DNA of 64,000 nt from the human T2T-CHM13v2.0 reference genome, Homo sapiens. The notes under the pieces were generated by a model. The model was given only the letters and a program-made list of their open reading frames with translations. It did not search any database and had not been told where the DNA came from. Positions 36,471 through 51,340 of the stretch are shown here, one piece after another (within the stretch, counting starts at the first letter, position 1; every line of letters begins with the position of its first letter). The stretch lies in the NCBI RefSeq assembly GCF_009914755.1, contig NC_060936.1. One strand, written 5' to 3'. A program made the translations under genes and the position numbers.

Positions 36471-37814
36471 ACTGTGAAAATAAGGAGCCATGTCACTACT
36501 GCTGCATGGTAGTTTTGGAGTCACTTTGGGAAGCTTGTAGGTGTTGAAGGAATGTGACACTCAGAAGGACAACGAAAGGATTCTCCTTGTAGGGCCCTCA
36601 TGGATGAGGACAAATCCTGGGTTGGTTATTGCATTGTATCTAATAATTCTGATGATAGGATTGAAGTCCTGTTTGTTGGCTATTGACAGTGTAGAGGTCA
36701 AAAATAAAATCACAATACCTGGGTTAATTTTTTTTAAATAAATAGTAAACCCCAAGCTATGAGGGATGGCATTGTTCAAGATGGTATGGGGTGGAAGACG
36801 TACCCCTTGCCCACCAAGAACAGGCCTGTTGTTCATTGACAGCATATGGAAAGTAGAGCTCAGTGTCCCTAAATGAGTTCCAAAACCATCCTAGTCTTTA
36901 CCCTCCTCTCAGCTCCCTCTCATCTCTCCTGGCCCTCTCCCATCACTCTGGCCCTCATCTGCCCCCGATTTGTCATTTGATTGTTCTGTCTTCTCAGATT
37001 CATCTTGGTTTCCAGCATCTGATCTCTCTTTCCAATGGTCTTCTGCTTTCCTCTTGAGGGACTGCCAGTATCCAACCTAGCCCTAGGATCATTTTTTTTT
37101 CTCTTGTGCTTTTCTCAAAGCCCCTTAGAGGGGCAGCTGGGTCAAGAGGGGTGATGTCTGCCACTCATGTGTGTTAACCCAAAGTCCCTGGTTTTTCAGT
37201 ACTCCCTGGCTTTGATGATTGCTGGAGTAAAAGGTAGCCTGGGAGTATGCAGAAAGGAAGCATCAACCATAGTTCAGAGATAGGTCACCACTGACTGAAC
37301 AGGTGGGCAAAACAAAATTCTAACAGTAGTAAGCTGCCAGTGTTTAAAAATATAATGTCCTGGTGGCCTTAGAAAATCCTTAAAAGGTAGGTAAGGATCT
37401 ATTGGAGCTTAGAAAATGTAAATGCAAACCAGCTGTTTGCCAGCAATGTTGCTTTCAGAGTATTTGCATTTTAGTCTTTCAACTTTGAAATTCAAATAAT
37501 ATGAAAACTTCTCTATGACATGGATCTATTAAATCTGAGAGGTTGTTGATGTACCTTGTTTAAGACCCATCAACTAGTAAAAAGCAGAATTAAAGTGGCA
37601 GACTTTTCAAATGTCTTTCCTAGTATTCTGGGATGAAAATAATTTGGATTTTCTTCTGTTGACTTCTCAAATCCTTACAATGTCATTTTCCAAAACGATT
37701 GAATAGGTTTTTGATGCCTTTATATCTAATAGATCATTTGACTATTTAATAATGTCTACAATAATAATATTGTCTACAATAATAAATATGTTTCTGATAA
37801 AATTTCTACAATCT

Positions 37815-38125
37815 GGCTGGGTGCAGTGGCTCATGCCTGTAATCCCACCAAGGCAGGTGGATTGCTTTGAGCCCAGGAGTTCAAGATCAGCCTGGTCAAC
37901 ATGGCAAAACCCATCTCTACCAAAAATACAAAAAAATTGGCTGGGCATGGTGGCCTGTGCCTGTAGTCCTTCCCAGCTGCTCTGAAGGCTGAGGTGGGAG
38001 GATGGCTTGAGCCTGGGGGGGCAGAGGTTGCAGTGAGCTGAGAATGAGCCATGGCTCTCCAGCCTGGGTGACAGAGCCAGATCCTGTATTAAAAAATAAT
38101 AATAAAAGTAAAAAATGAAAAAATA
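37815..38125 (+). mobile_element. AluJ-type SINE
   Basis: Dimeric Alu; TSD aaaatttcta(c/t)aatc on both sides. Confidence 0.92.
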
Positions 38126-38527
38126 AAATTTCTATAATCCAGCACAAATCATTTTTGGAAGTAGTTAAAATATAAGTTTAAAAAATAAAATGTATAGTTA
38201 AATCTGTGTTCATTTATTCATCCTTTTATCTCTAGCATGTTGCATGGTTTCTAACATTTACCAGTTGAATAAATACATGAATACACCAATTACTAATTCA
38301 TCATCTTCTGAGTTCTCAGTACTATACATAAAAAAGCATTTGCTATTATTTTAAATTAAATTTATTTCATCTGAAATCTTGAAACTGGGTAATCTGTCTC
38401 TAGTTGACCAAAATGGTTCCTCTTGACTATTACAGATTGGTAAAAACAGCCAATTTCATAGGAACTGTCAAATAACGTTCAAAATTGGTAAAAGTGGAGA
38501 CTTTAGGACAAATTATCTGAGCATGTT

Positions 38528-38581
38528 TTCTCTTTCTCTTCCTTTCCTTCCTTCATTCCTTCCTTCTTTCCTTCCTTCCCT
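38528..38581 (+). repeat. (CCTT)n-like pyrimidine tract
   Basis: Directly visible. Confidence 0.9.
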
Positions 38582-39751
38582 GCTATATTACTATATTACT
38601 ATTATTATTACCAAAGGATTATTTAGTCAAGATAGAGAATGTAGTTTTTTAAAATGTAAAGTTTTTCATCATAAAAGTAATGCATATTTATTGGAGGGAA
38701 TTTGGAAAACATAGGCAAGCCAAAAGAAACAATGAAAATCACTGAAAATGTTACTTCTGTAGGATACCTCTTTTTACACACTAATATGTCATTCTTGTTT
38801 ATTCTATACATACGTGTTCATTTCGACAGTCATGGGTTCCTGCTACACATACCATTTCAACATTCTTTTTTCACTTCAAAATCGTCTGTACAATGTTTCA
38901 CTCAAAAACAGCATCTCAATTCATGCCATTTTTATTACTTTAGAAATTTCACGTTTATGAAAAAAATTGTTCTTATATCTCAGTGATGACAGATATGACC
39001 ACTTTCTAAAGTGTCAGGTGTTAGTATAAAAAGGAAATGAGGGAAGCCAGCGAATTGCCTGATGGGGAAAATCCAGCATTCATTTCTCACTTACTGTGGT
39101 GGGTCTGGACTCTGGAAACACCGATGTCTCCTGCTCTCACTGGCTGTTGCATGTAGTGTCCTTAAGCTTCTTCTGTTATGCTCAGCCCCGGAGATCTGGC
39201 ACACAGAGCCATAGTAACAATGCGTTCAGCCAGGTTTCCTTAGCTACACACTAGTGACAGGACAGGACGCTGCCCTAAAGTGCCTGCCGCTGACTCAGGG
39301 AGGAGGCTTGGAACACACAGCGGGAGGTGGGAATGGCTTCTGCCTCACCCAGAGGGGCTGTCACCTTAAAAGGAAGTCACTCCATAGGCTTACAGATCTC
39401 ATGCCCTGGCAGGGATCTAACAAGCTTTTATGGGTTTTATAGGATCTTATCTGCTTGGTAACCCAGTTTAATCATACAGAAAATTTATTTTTTTTACTTT
39501 TACCCTGTATGAATTAGTCAGCAAGCAAAGAACTTGCAATGATTATTTTCCTAAGTGAATTCCTTTTACATTCCATATTAGGTTAATGAGTTCAGTGTCA
39601 TTTCAACGATACGTGTGTGTGCCTGGGGGTTTTTGTCTTCCTATATATATGCTGCATTTCCTGATTTCTCATTTCATCTGGCTAATATGTATCAGGCACT
39701 GTGCTCAGTGCTAGGGGATCTTAGAAGGAATTCTGTAATCTCTCTCAAGAA

Positions 39752-40262
<511 letters not shown>

Positions 40263-40965
40263 GTGGAGATACTAAGAGAATGTTGATCCTGTTAACAAAT
40301 TATGTTTCTGAATCTATAAAATAGGATCCATCTTTCCAAATGTTTTGCTAATTCTCCTTTGTGATGGTTTTGTAATTACACAAACTATTCTGCAAGGAAG
40401 CTTAAGGAGATAAGCTTTAGGAAGAGAGTAATGAATAGCATATGCTCATTGTCTAGGCAGGTCTCCAAAGGTCCCCAAACTTTATGTAATTGTACACCAT
40501 TATAGGAAGCATTTTAAAACAATCACTCCCAATACAGGTATTTGCATTAAAAAGTAATTAATATGTGCTACTGTCAGCTAATATTTCAAAGCACAGTATA
40601 TATATTTAGGGCTCATTAATGAGAGTTGATATAAAACCATATTCCAATAATCTTCTTGATAATCTTGAATCTCAGTCCAACTACTTGTCATATCATATGT
40701 CTGTGATACAGACTGGTATGAGTGTAAAGTTAGAATCCGGAATAGTCTATATTCAGTTCCACCACTTTCATTATTTTCGGTTATACGCATCCACCAAAAC
40801 TAGGTTTAACAAGCATACTAGAAAATCTCTTATGATGAATAGATAAGTGTAGTTCATAATTAGCAAACCAACAAGCCACCTTAGCACTGCTGGATTTCCA
40901 CTTCTGTGGCCGTGGCTATATTTAGATATAAACAGAGAACACTTGCAAATGATTAGATTAAGTAG

Positions 40966-41314
<349 letters not shown>

Positions 41315-41907
41315 CCATTATAAATTTCAAACATCACGCTTGCTTCACAAATTTCTTTTCTATCAATGGAACTAATTCAGTCCTTAATATGTGACACTCC
41401 AAATGAACAGAATTATTGATTTACTCATTTTCATTTAAAAGAAATATGACAACAAATACAAAATGCAGTTAGAAAGGAATGCTACATGGATTTATATATA
41501 TAGAAAATCAGCTAATTAGAACAATGCTTTTCCATGTTATATCTGTTTTCTTCTTTATTATATTGCTATGAAGTGGGCAAAGTAATTTTTTAACTCTTTA
41601 AAACTTCTGTCATAATTGTGTCTGTGCCTCTCCTCCATAAAATTAAGTATTTCATAACTCAGTATTTGTCCTAGTTTAGTCATCAATTTGCAGGGGAAAA
41701 CAGACCTTAGCACGTCACTTGCTAAGGTCCTTGGGCCTTTCTTTGCTCCCCTGTCTAATAAGAGAATTGGAGTATATTATTTTTTAGTTGCTTTCCAAAT
41801 CTTCATTCTCAATTTTTAAGAATAGAGAGTAGTTTTAAACTACATTATTCATCTTTTTATAGAAAATTATTTTTAAGCTATATGAGGCTTATATATGTTT
41901 ATTTTAG

Positions 41908-42222
<315 letters not shown>

Positions 42223-43554
42223 TTACACATTTTTAATTGGCTAAGAAATCAATTATGTATTCAGAAATAAAAAAAATTCAATCCACAAATCTCCCTCTGA
42301 AAATAATAATAAAGAAACATACCAGCCCATGGTACCAGGTTCCTATATGGTACCTTTATAAATCCTGCACTGATTTCTTACCTGAACAAGGTCCTTCAAG
42401 TTATGCTGTGATTTTCAATATTATGAGAGCAAAGGGCATATTCACTGAATTTCCATGGTTGATTCTGTGCAAGTTATTCTGCATATACAGCAAGCTGAAT
42501 CTATTTAAAGGCCAAAATTCATTCACCAAAGTCACCTTTACAAATTTTAACAAACGTATAAGTTTGAGCAATGCTTACAGTAACTAGATTGATTAAAATT
42601 AAACTAAACACTTTGAAATTGCACTTAATTTTGAACTAAACATGAATTTACAAGGCAACAGATGAGACTGAGCACACCCTCTCCATGCTGATTGCATCAG
42701 GTGTCTGAAACAAAGCAGCAAAGGGGGTCATTAGCTCCTAAAGGAGCAATTAGGTAAAAGTGCTGTGATTTACCATATGTATAATGTATGAGGCTTCTGG
42801 AAGGGTTTCAGTCTATGCAAAACAGGTCAAAATAATAGCAGATGTTTCTTCAAGGGGTACTAACACAATTCAATAATCTATCTATATCTAAAGTTCCCTT
42901 CCTATAGGATGTTATATTGGGCAATTTAGAAATGATACCTTACAGCCAAAAATTATTTTTTAGTGCTGATGAAAATATATGATTACATAATTTAAACATT
43001 CTATGACCTGAATTTCTTATATCCTCCTTTTTTGGAGGGCAGCCTTTTCAGTGCAATAGTGTTAACATACTTCACTCCCTACACAGTGAAAGCACTCCTA
43101 TAGCCTGATGAGCATGGAGGATGCCTCGGTTATGGATAATCCCACCACGCCAGAAGGACAGCATTTCAGACTCTGGGAATTTCCCTCTGGAGGGACTTGA
43201 AAGAATCTGCAAGCTGCTAAGATTAAAAGAGATGACAGGTGGTAAGAAAACTGGTGGTGAAAACACACCACTCATTTTAGTGTATTGGCTTTGAAGAGAA
43301 GATCATTAGAATGTGAAAAACAATAGGTAGAAATTATTCTCTAGAATCTGATGTATGGAGCCCATCAAAGGCAGAAAAGAAGAAGCCTGGGGAGAGGGGA
43401 TATTGCTCATACTAAAGACAGGGCAAACCTGTGGGGGAACAGATGTAGGAGAGCCGGGGGCAATAGGTCAGCACTAGAGGCACAACAGCCTTGCTGATGG
43501 GCTCCCCTTCCTTTGAAAGAATGCAAAAAGCGGGGAGTGAAAGAATAAGAAACC

Positions 43555-43775
43555 TGTATTATTGAGCTGGACACTCTGCATGGTACTGTACGTGGATTTC
43601 ATCAACTGGTCATTACAAGCACCGTGAGTTGGATGGTAGTCCTCATTTTATAGAAGTCTTTAAACAAATCTATTTTATGCCTAAATAACTTATTAATATG
43701 CCATTCTGCTAATAAGTGGCAGACCCAGTCTTTTTGACCCCGAACCCATGATTTTTCCCCATTTTGCTACACTGT
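43555..43775 (-). mobile_element. MIR SINE
   Basis: tattattgag...cctcattttatagaag...ctaataagtggcagacccag. Confidence 0.5.
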
Positions 43776-44760
43776 CTCCAGACAAAAAGGCTGAGGAGTT
43801 GGTGGAGAGAGACTGTGGGGATAGAAAAAGAAATGGAGGGCGAGATTGGCAGAGGCTTACTTTCATCCTGGCATTCAGATGACATGAAGCTGGACGTTTA
43901 AGGAGACTGTAGAAATTCTCATCTGTGATTTATACAAATGAGTCTCTCATGCAGTTTTACTTTAATCTAGCTCTTACGGAATAGCTGTGGCTGAATGAAC
44001 TTTGGAAATCAAACTCTGCTGATTAAATATGCTTTGTCCTTACGTCCGCATAACTTTCAATTAGTAATGTTCTTAACACTGTTTCTCTGCCCCTCCATCG
44101 CTCTGTCAGTAGTTAAGAAATGCACCAGGAAGCTTCTATATGAAGGAACACCTGAATTTTTTCCATAAATAATTCAATTTTAAAGCTATCAACTCATGCA
44201 ATTCATGTGTCTTAGTCCAATTCTTTTTCATTGAGTTTTCTTAGAGACAGCCTGACTTATAATAAGACACTACAATTTGGCAAATCAAATCAGTGGCAAC
44301 AGATCTTTATCGAGCACTGACATCCCTGTTGCAGCTTGGCCAGATTCATCTGGTTATGTAAAGATGGTGGAGTGTATCAGGACATTTAATGGCAAATGAA
44401 AAAAATCACTAAGAAAACAATGGCCTGAAAGGACTTTTTGTCATCAGGACATAACTAGTTCCAGGAAAGGTTCAGCTAGGAGGGCTGGCACCAGGGACCA
44501 GCCAGGCCGGGGTGGGGGTCTGTCTGGGGAGTACTGCCGCAGGGAAGAGGCAGCCTGAGGTCTGGGCAGTGGGTCAGGGTAATGGCACTAACAAGCAGAA
44601 AAGCAGGAAGTGTCCTCTCATCCTAGACACAGATGCGGTGAACGCGTGCATCCTGCCTGCACATGCCAGCTGGCAGGAAGAGGAAACAAGAACTGTGGCT
44701 CTGGCCTCCCAGCAAGAAAGTGGCCAATGGCCCAAATACACAGGCAAGAGTGGGTGTGTG

Positions 44761-44955
44761 AACACATAGCGGGGAGCATTAGACACTAGGGTCTACCTGA
44801 GAGTGGAGGATGGGAGGAAGGAGAGGATCAGGAAAAATAACTAATGGGCATTAAGCTTAACACCTGGGTGATGAAATAATCTGTACAACAAACCCCTGTG
44901 ATACAAGTTGATCTATATAACAAACCTGCACATGTACCCCTGAACTTAAAAAAAA
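44761..44955 (+). mobile_element. 5'-truncated L1PA13-like 3' end
   Basis: gaggatcaggaaaaataactaatggg...gatgaaataatctgtacaacaaacccc...aacctgcacatgtacccctgaacttaaaa. Confidence 0.88.
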
Positions 44956-45301
44956 TGGACTGGAAATATAATGGTGAATGGAATAAGAGGTCTCTGTCTT
45001 CGCAGAGCTTACACTGTAGGGTTGGGAAAATAAAGATAATTAAAAAATAAATAATGCCTCATACCAAAAAAGTAGGTGTGGCCAAATCAAGTCTGAGTCT
45101 AGCCCACATAGGTACCCAGTGGGATTCCAGGCAGAGAGGACTCCTGAGGTCAGGTGAAGAGCAGCCTCCTGTTGCAATGGATCAATCAGGCTGCTTAAAG
45201 ATTACAGACAAAGCAACAGGGCTGAGCAACAGCCACAGGGCTAAGAAAAAAAAGTTAGGAGGATGGCAGGGCCCGGGTAGCCACCTGAGCTGAGATGTGA
45301 T

Positions 45302-45999
<698 letters not shown>

Positions 46000-46764
46000 A
46001 AAAGGAAGACTTCAGGAACTGATGTGTTCAATGGAAGTCCAAGGCATAAACACAGTCGTACAGAAGGGGCCAGTGCAGCACAATACAGCCTAGAGATTAG
46101 TCCTAGATTTCTGCATCTCTCATTTAGACCTGCAAGACTAATTCCGAGCTTCACCTGCTGAGGCTGGGGCGGGAAGAGTCGGACAGGGCAAGGACTCCTC
46201 AGCTTCTCTCTGTCCTGGTTTGATTGGCATGGGCCAGGCTACATCTTCAGGGGAAATGCTTCTGTGAGTACAAAGGAGAGGGGCTAAGGAACCTAGGAGT
46301 GGACAGAAGACAAATAGCTTCTGCCCAGCTTCTTACCCCAGGTAGGTGTGGCTCAGTAACGATGACAGCCTGTAGGCATAACCTGGCCAGGACTGAGTTG
46401 CTGGGACCTGGAACTGTTCAGGGGCTTAAGCGGGTGTGGGAAGGGTCATGCCAGGTCAGTGACCCTGGCACCTGGGGCTTGGATCACTTTTCATGGTGAT
46501 CTTTCAAAGCCTGGGGTCCTAGAACCAAATTAAAGAGGAACATGGGAGATTCCAGTTCACCAGCCAGCTGGTGACCTCTGAAGAACTCGCCAAACAGGAT
46601 AATCCTGTGTTTCTCACTGGGGCCTGCTGAACACCGGTTAGTACACCTCTCTGCCTAATTGTTGCTTACCGAGCTCTGTAGGCAACTTCAAAAATATTTT
46701 AGCTTATATATTTTTATACACACCAGAAGCCTTTTTAGTGAGCAATAAACATGTTTTTAAATTA

Positions 46765-46935
<171 letters not shown>

Positions 46936-47297
46936 CTACAGAACTGCAGAACTGTGCACAGTTCATTTAGCTTCAATATGCTCTCAATGAAAAGAAAGAT
47001 CTTGACTTGCTCACTTTCATACGTCTCAAGTCAATAACAGTTGAATATCTATATAATTTTTCTGTTGGTTCACTAGGTCGCTCCTCCCCACACAGAATAG
47101 GCTCCTGTAGAGATTTTTTTTTTTATTTTTTTTTAGATTAACCAGTTTTACCAGCATGACAACTGAAAAATAAATCTGGATGAGTACTGGGCTTTACCAA
47201 AGCAAATGCCTATTTCCAGTACTCTCTTTGCTTTTATTTGCCATGCAGCCCCAAGATTCTCTGGATTTGGGAAGAAACCTAGCCTGGCCTGTACAGA

Positions 47298-47345
47298 AGT
47301 TTCCCAGGGAAACTCCCTGTTTCGTGGGAAATCTCCGTGGGAAAT
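47298..47345 (+). promoter_or_regulatory. Candidate RBPJ/NF-kB composite enhancer element
   Basis: CGTGGGAA at 47323-47330 and 47336-47343; GGGAAACTCC at 47307-47316; inverted repeat AGTTTCCC-A-GGGAAACT. Motif evidence only. Confidence 0.4.
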
Positions 47346-49759
47346 TGTCCAGTTCCATTATGGAGTCTCTCAAGCGCTTGAGGGAGTATTTCAAATCCCT
47401 TCTTGGATTGGGAGAATCTGCTGATACCACCAGCTTGAGAAGATTTCCACCCCAACATCTCTCTTTTACCCCTTCAGCCCACCACTATCCTTTACCACAA
47501 ATACACCCAAACACACACACACATACGCACACAGGTTTTTGTTCAAATGTGAGCCCAAATTACTTTGTCATTTATATCTAATCAAATAGAATTGCAGGCA
47601 AGGATGTAAGAAAGCAACTTAAGGGATGATGCAGTATGTCAAGATAACCTGACCGCAATAATATAAACTGGTAAAGTATTGAAGACAGACAAAATATTTC
47701 AGAAATGAAGGTAGAATTTTGCTCTTCTGAGGAAGAGATGGCAGCTAAGGGAAATAGCTGATCCTTAGTTAGCTATTGTAGATTGTAGAAGGTGAATAAA
47801 TAAAAGAGAAAGGCAAATTAGCCCATATGTAAGCTAAGCTGGAAATTAAGGAAAACAAAGAGAACTTGAAAGAGGCAGATGAATGCTGTAAGCCCGCAGC
47901 AAGCACAGGGCAATGCTGAGATGGTATGAATTGTAACTTACACAATCTCCATGCTGCAGTTAGAACTCCAAAGACCCTCTTATGTCCTTTTAAAAATGGT
48001 CTGTATTTCAGAATATACTAATTAATGTTGAAAGAAAAGGAGGAATGTGTTAATTCTGCAGTTTTAAGAAAAATCTGTTTCTAAACCTGAAAAAAATTAC
48101 AGTCAGGCTTGTTAGCTCATTAACATTTTGACTTCAATTTTTTAAGGCTTAGAATGTGAATGGAAATAACCCTTCAGAGAGGACATGTCATAAAATCCCT
48201 GGAGCACATCTGAGCTCTGCCACTAATTAACTCACTAATGGGACCTTCCAAAAGGCTCCTGCTGCCTGTTTTGATGCAGGCTGTACTGTCAAGAGAAATG
48301 GGCTGAAACAAGGTGTTCCACCACCAAGGGCTCATGCTAATGTGATGGTGGACCCATTGCCAATATCCTGTGAATTGGAAGGGACCAAAAGGGTTTCAGA
48401 GTAAAGAGAATTAACGGGGGTGGGAAAGAGAAATGGAAGTAGAAGAGACATCCGAGCACTGGGCTACAGCCTGACAAGCTCATGGGTGAATCTTTTTTTA
48501 GTGTTTCATCAGAACTTCTATGGGTGTCGCTTTGTCAACTTTTCAGCTTGATGAGGTCCTCGAGGTCATTTGACACAACAGCCTTGAGTTCCAACTGGGG
48601 ATAGATTAACCCAAGGGCAAGAGGGCATAACTCTGATATTCTGAAGTTTAACAAGCACTTAAAACAAAATAAAACTAAAAACAAAACAAAACAACATCTA
48701 GAGGAAGGATAGAGCCGCTTGTAATTCTTAAAAATTCATCTATGTGGTCTAGAATCCAGATTTCCGAAGACTTCTTGGTGATCAACCTGCGCTGTTTTAC
48801 TTAACCCCAGCTACTGTAAAAACCAACATTTCAATATGGCTGCCTCGTATTTATAAAGCACTTTAGAATCATTTGCAGAATGTGATCTTCAATCCAGGAA
48901 AAGAAAGTGAACAGTTCAATTATAATCCATACTAAATGTTGATCATCAAAAAAGCAGCAGGCCTGCTCTACCACAATCACTGGAGTTGCTTCTGGCAACA
49001 CAAAAATATGATGCCAACATGCTGTCCCACAAAGTTGTCAAGTCAGTGCCAGGCTCTTTATGAGACAATAAAGAATAACTATAACCTGGGAAGAACACAG
49101 AAATTGCCACATTGGGTGGTCCAGAGGGTATGCAGCTCAGTCACTGTTGCCAGCCCAACCTTGGCAGGGAAGGGAGGGCTTGGTCATCCTTCCTAACTGG
49201 AGGGCCTTTCTTAGTTCTCTTAGTCTCATGGCAGGGCCTCTGTCTTGTAGACTCCTTAGCAGAATACACACTCCAAACCTTTAAGCTCCCCTTAGTTGTT
49301 GGAATGGCTCTGCCATTTACGAAAATATAAACAGATTCTCTTCAAATCCATTTATGTTTAAGGAACTTGCTGTGAGAACTTGTAAGCCGGAGAGCAAAAT
49401 GTTTAAGCCTTCTTTTCTCTGTAAGAAACTGCATTAGAATATTCCAAAGGCATTTTTTAGAGCAATAAAGCATATTTGGAAAATGTCAAGGAATTTACCC
49501 AAGAGAGATATAAAATATGGAGTTGAAAAAAATCAAAGGTCTCAAATTGAAGACTTTCATTAGCCTTATTAAGGGCTCATGGTATTTCAATCTCTGAAAC
49601 CAGGTCAATATTTCCCTCTTCCCAGGAGTGATCCCAATGTCTGGCAAATAGAAGGCTCCCATCCAGTCCATATTTATTTAGAAAGATGAATGAATGAATA
49701 TATTCACATGTAATCTATGTCTATCAGGCCTAGTTATAGGTAAGGTAAAATGTTGTAAG

Positions 49760-50030
49760 ATTTAGTATTTCCCTGTTCTTTCAAACATTTTTCTACAACT
49801 ATTTTAATATAATTCACTTTTTTTTCATAGCAGCTATTACTATCTGACATTATGTATGAGTTTCTCTGTTTTGTTTGTTTGTTGTTGTTGTTTTTGGCCT
49901 GTCTCTCTCACAAGAATGTGAGTCCATGAAGGCATTATTTTTGTGTCTTTATTCAAACACTGTGCCCCCTGGTGCTGAATAGTGCCTGGTATATAGCATG
50001 TACTCAACAAACACTTTTTAAATGGTGAAT
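49760..50030 (+). mobile_element. L2 3' end
   Basis: gaatgtgagtccatgaaggca...agtgcctggtatatagcatgtactcaacaaacac. Confidence 0.7.
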
Positions 50031-50416
50031 AATTGGATTTTTATCCACATGTTGTCACCAACCCAGCATTTCCCAGCTGAGAAATGAATACCAGAGAGAG
50101 GGCAACAAGGCCAAGTAAAGGAAATCAGAGTCCAGTGAGGCCAACCAAGAGGTCTCTGCCAGCCACTAACAGGTTACAAATGGCAAACTCATTGTCCCAA
50201 GGTCTAATTCACTTCTTAACATCCTCTGGCTTAACTTACTTTTGTAATGTGGTTCTTATTACTGCACCTGTATTCCCAACCTTGGAGAACTTACAGACAT
50301 GGATTCTTAAGCAAAATGTTTTTAATTAAAAAAATAATGAATAAATCGTTCTTCTGTTGCCTTCTGTTTAGTGATCAACCAGGCCAGAGAAACTCCAGTG
50401 TTCATACTGACAATTT

Positions 50417-50430
50417 GTTGCCATAGTAAC
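50417..50430. promoter_or_regulatory. RFX X-box motif
   Basis: GTTGCCATAGTAAC matches GTNRCC-N2-RGYAAC. Motif evidence only. Confidence 0.45.
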
Positions 50431-51340
50431 AATTGCAAGCTTGATTTCTTTCTAATAAAGCAAGAACTCAGTTTTCTCAGTTGAAAACTGAGAGAATGAT
50501 CTCTTGTTTTTTATATTCGTATTTTTTTCATGCAGAAGAAAAGACTATCTTATCCTTAAAAGACATAGTGTCCAATTATTATAAATCACCTTGATGTTTA
50601 ATTTTAACAAAGCCTTGTTTTAGAGGAGATACCCTTTATCAGCAAGTGGAAAACAGCATCACCTTCATTTGATAGCTCTTTAAGGAAGAAACATAATCAA
50701 CTTTCTTTCCATTTTACAGAAGGGTAAAGAAAAATGTCACATTGTTGGTCTATCTCAGTCTAAAATGAAAATGACTGAATCCAATGATCAGAATTGTAGT
50801 CACAGTGGATTCGGTTAAAATTCAAAAGTGATTTTTAAAGCTCTGCACATGTAATCATTTTCTCTCTTCACATTTGGTTTGTTTTTCCAATGACTCCATA
50901 AAATAAGGAGGCTCAACATAGACGCCTATTAGTAAGATGAGTAACAAATGAAGAGAGTGAAAGTGATTGAAGGGAGGGTGAGCATTTGTAAATGTTTGGG
51001 GCAAACTGGATTCTTTTGGACTGAATGATTTCTTTTTCTTTTTTTTTTTTTTTAATTATACTTTAAGTTCTAGGATACATGTGTGCAATGTGCAGGTTTG
51101 TTACATGGTATACATGTGCCATGTTGGTTTGCTGCACCCATTAACTCATCATTTACATTGGCTATTTCTCCTAATGCTATCCCTCCCCCAGCCCCCCACC
51201 TGACGATGGGCCCCGGTGTGTGATGTTCCCCTCCCTGTGTCCAAGTGTTCTCACTGTTCAATTCCCACCTATGGGTGAGAAGTTGTGATGTTTGGTTTTC
51301 TGTCCTTGTGATAGTTTGCTCAGAATGATGGTTTCCAGCT

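Noticed and set aside
47323-47370. Notch dimer sequence-paired site
   Set aside because: Requires head-to-head sites 15-17 bp apart; here the sites are direct repeats 5 bp apart and no inverted partner lies at the right distance.
47180-47581. 133-aa ORF over the RBPJ cluster
   Set aside because: No known similarity, runs through a CA repeat, and has no coding-exon context.
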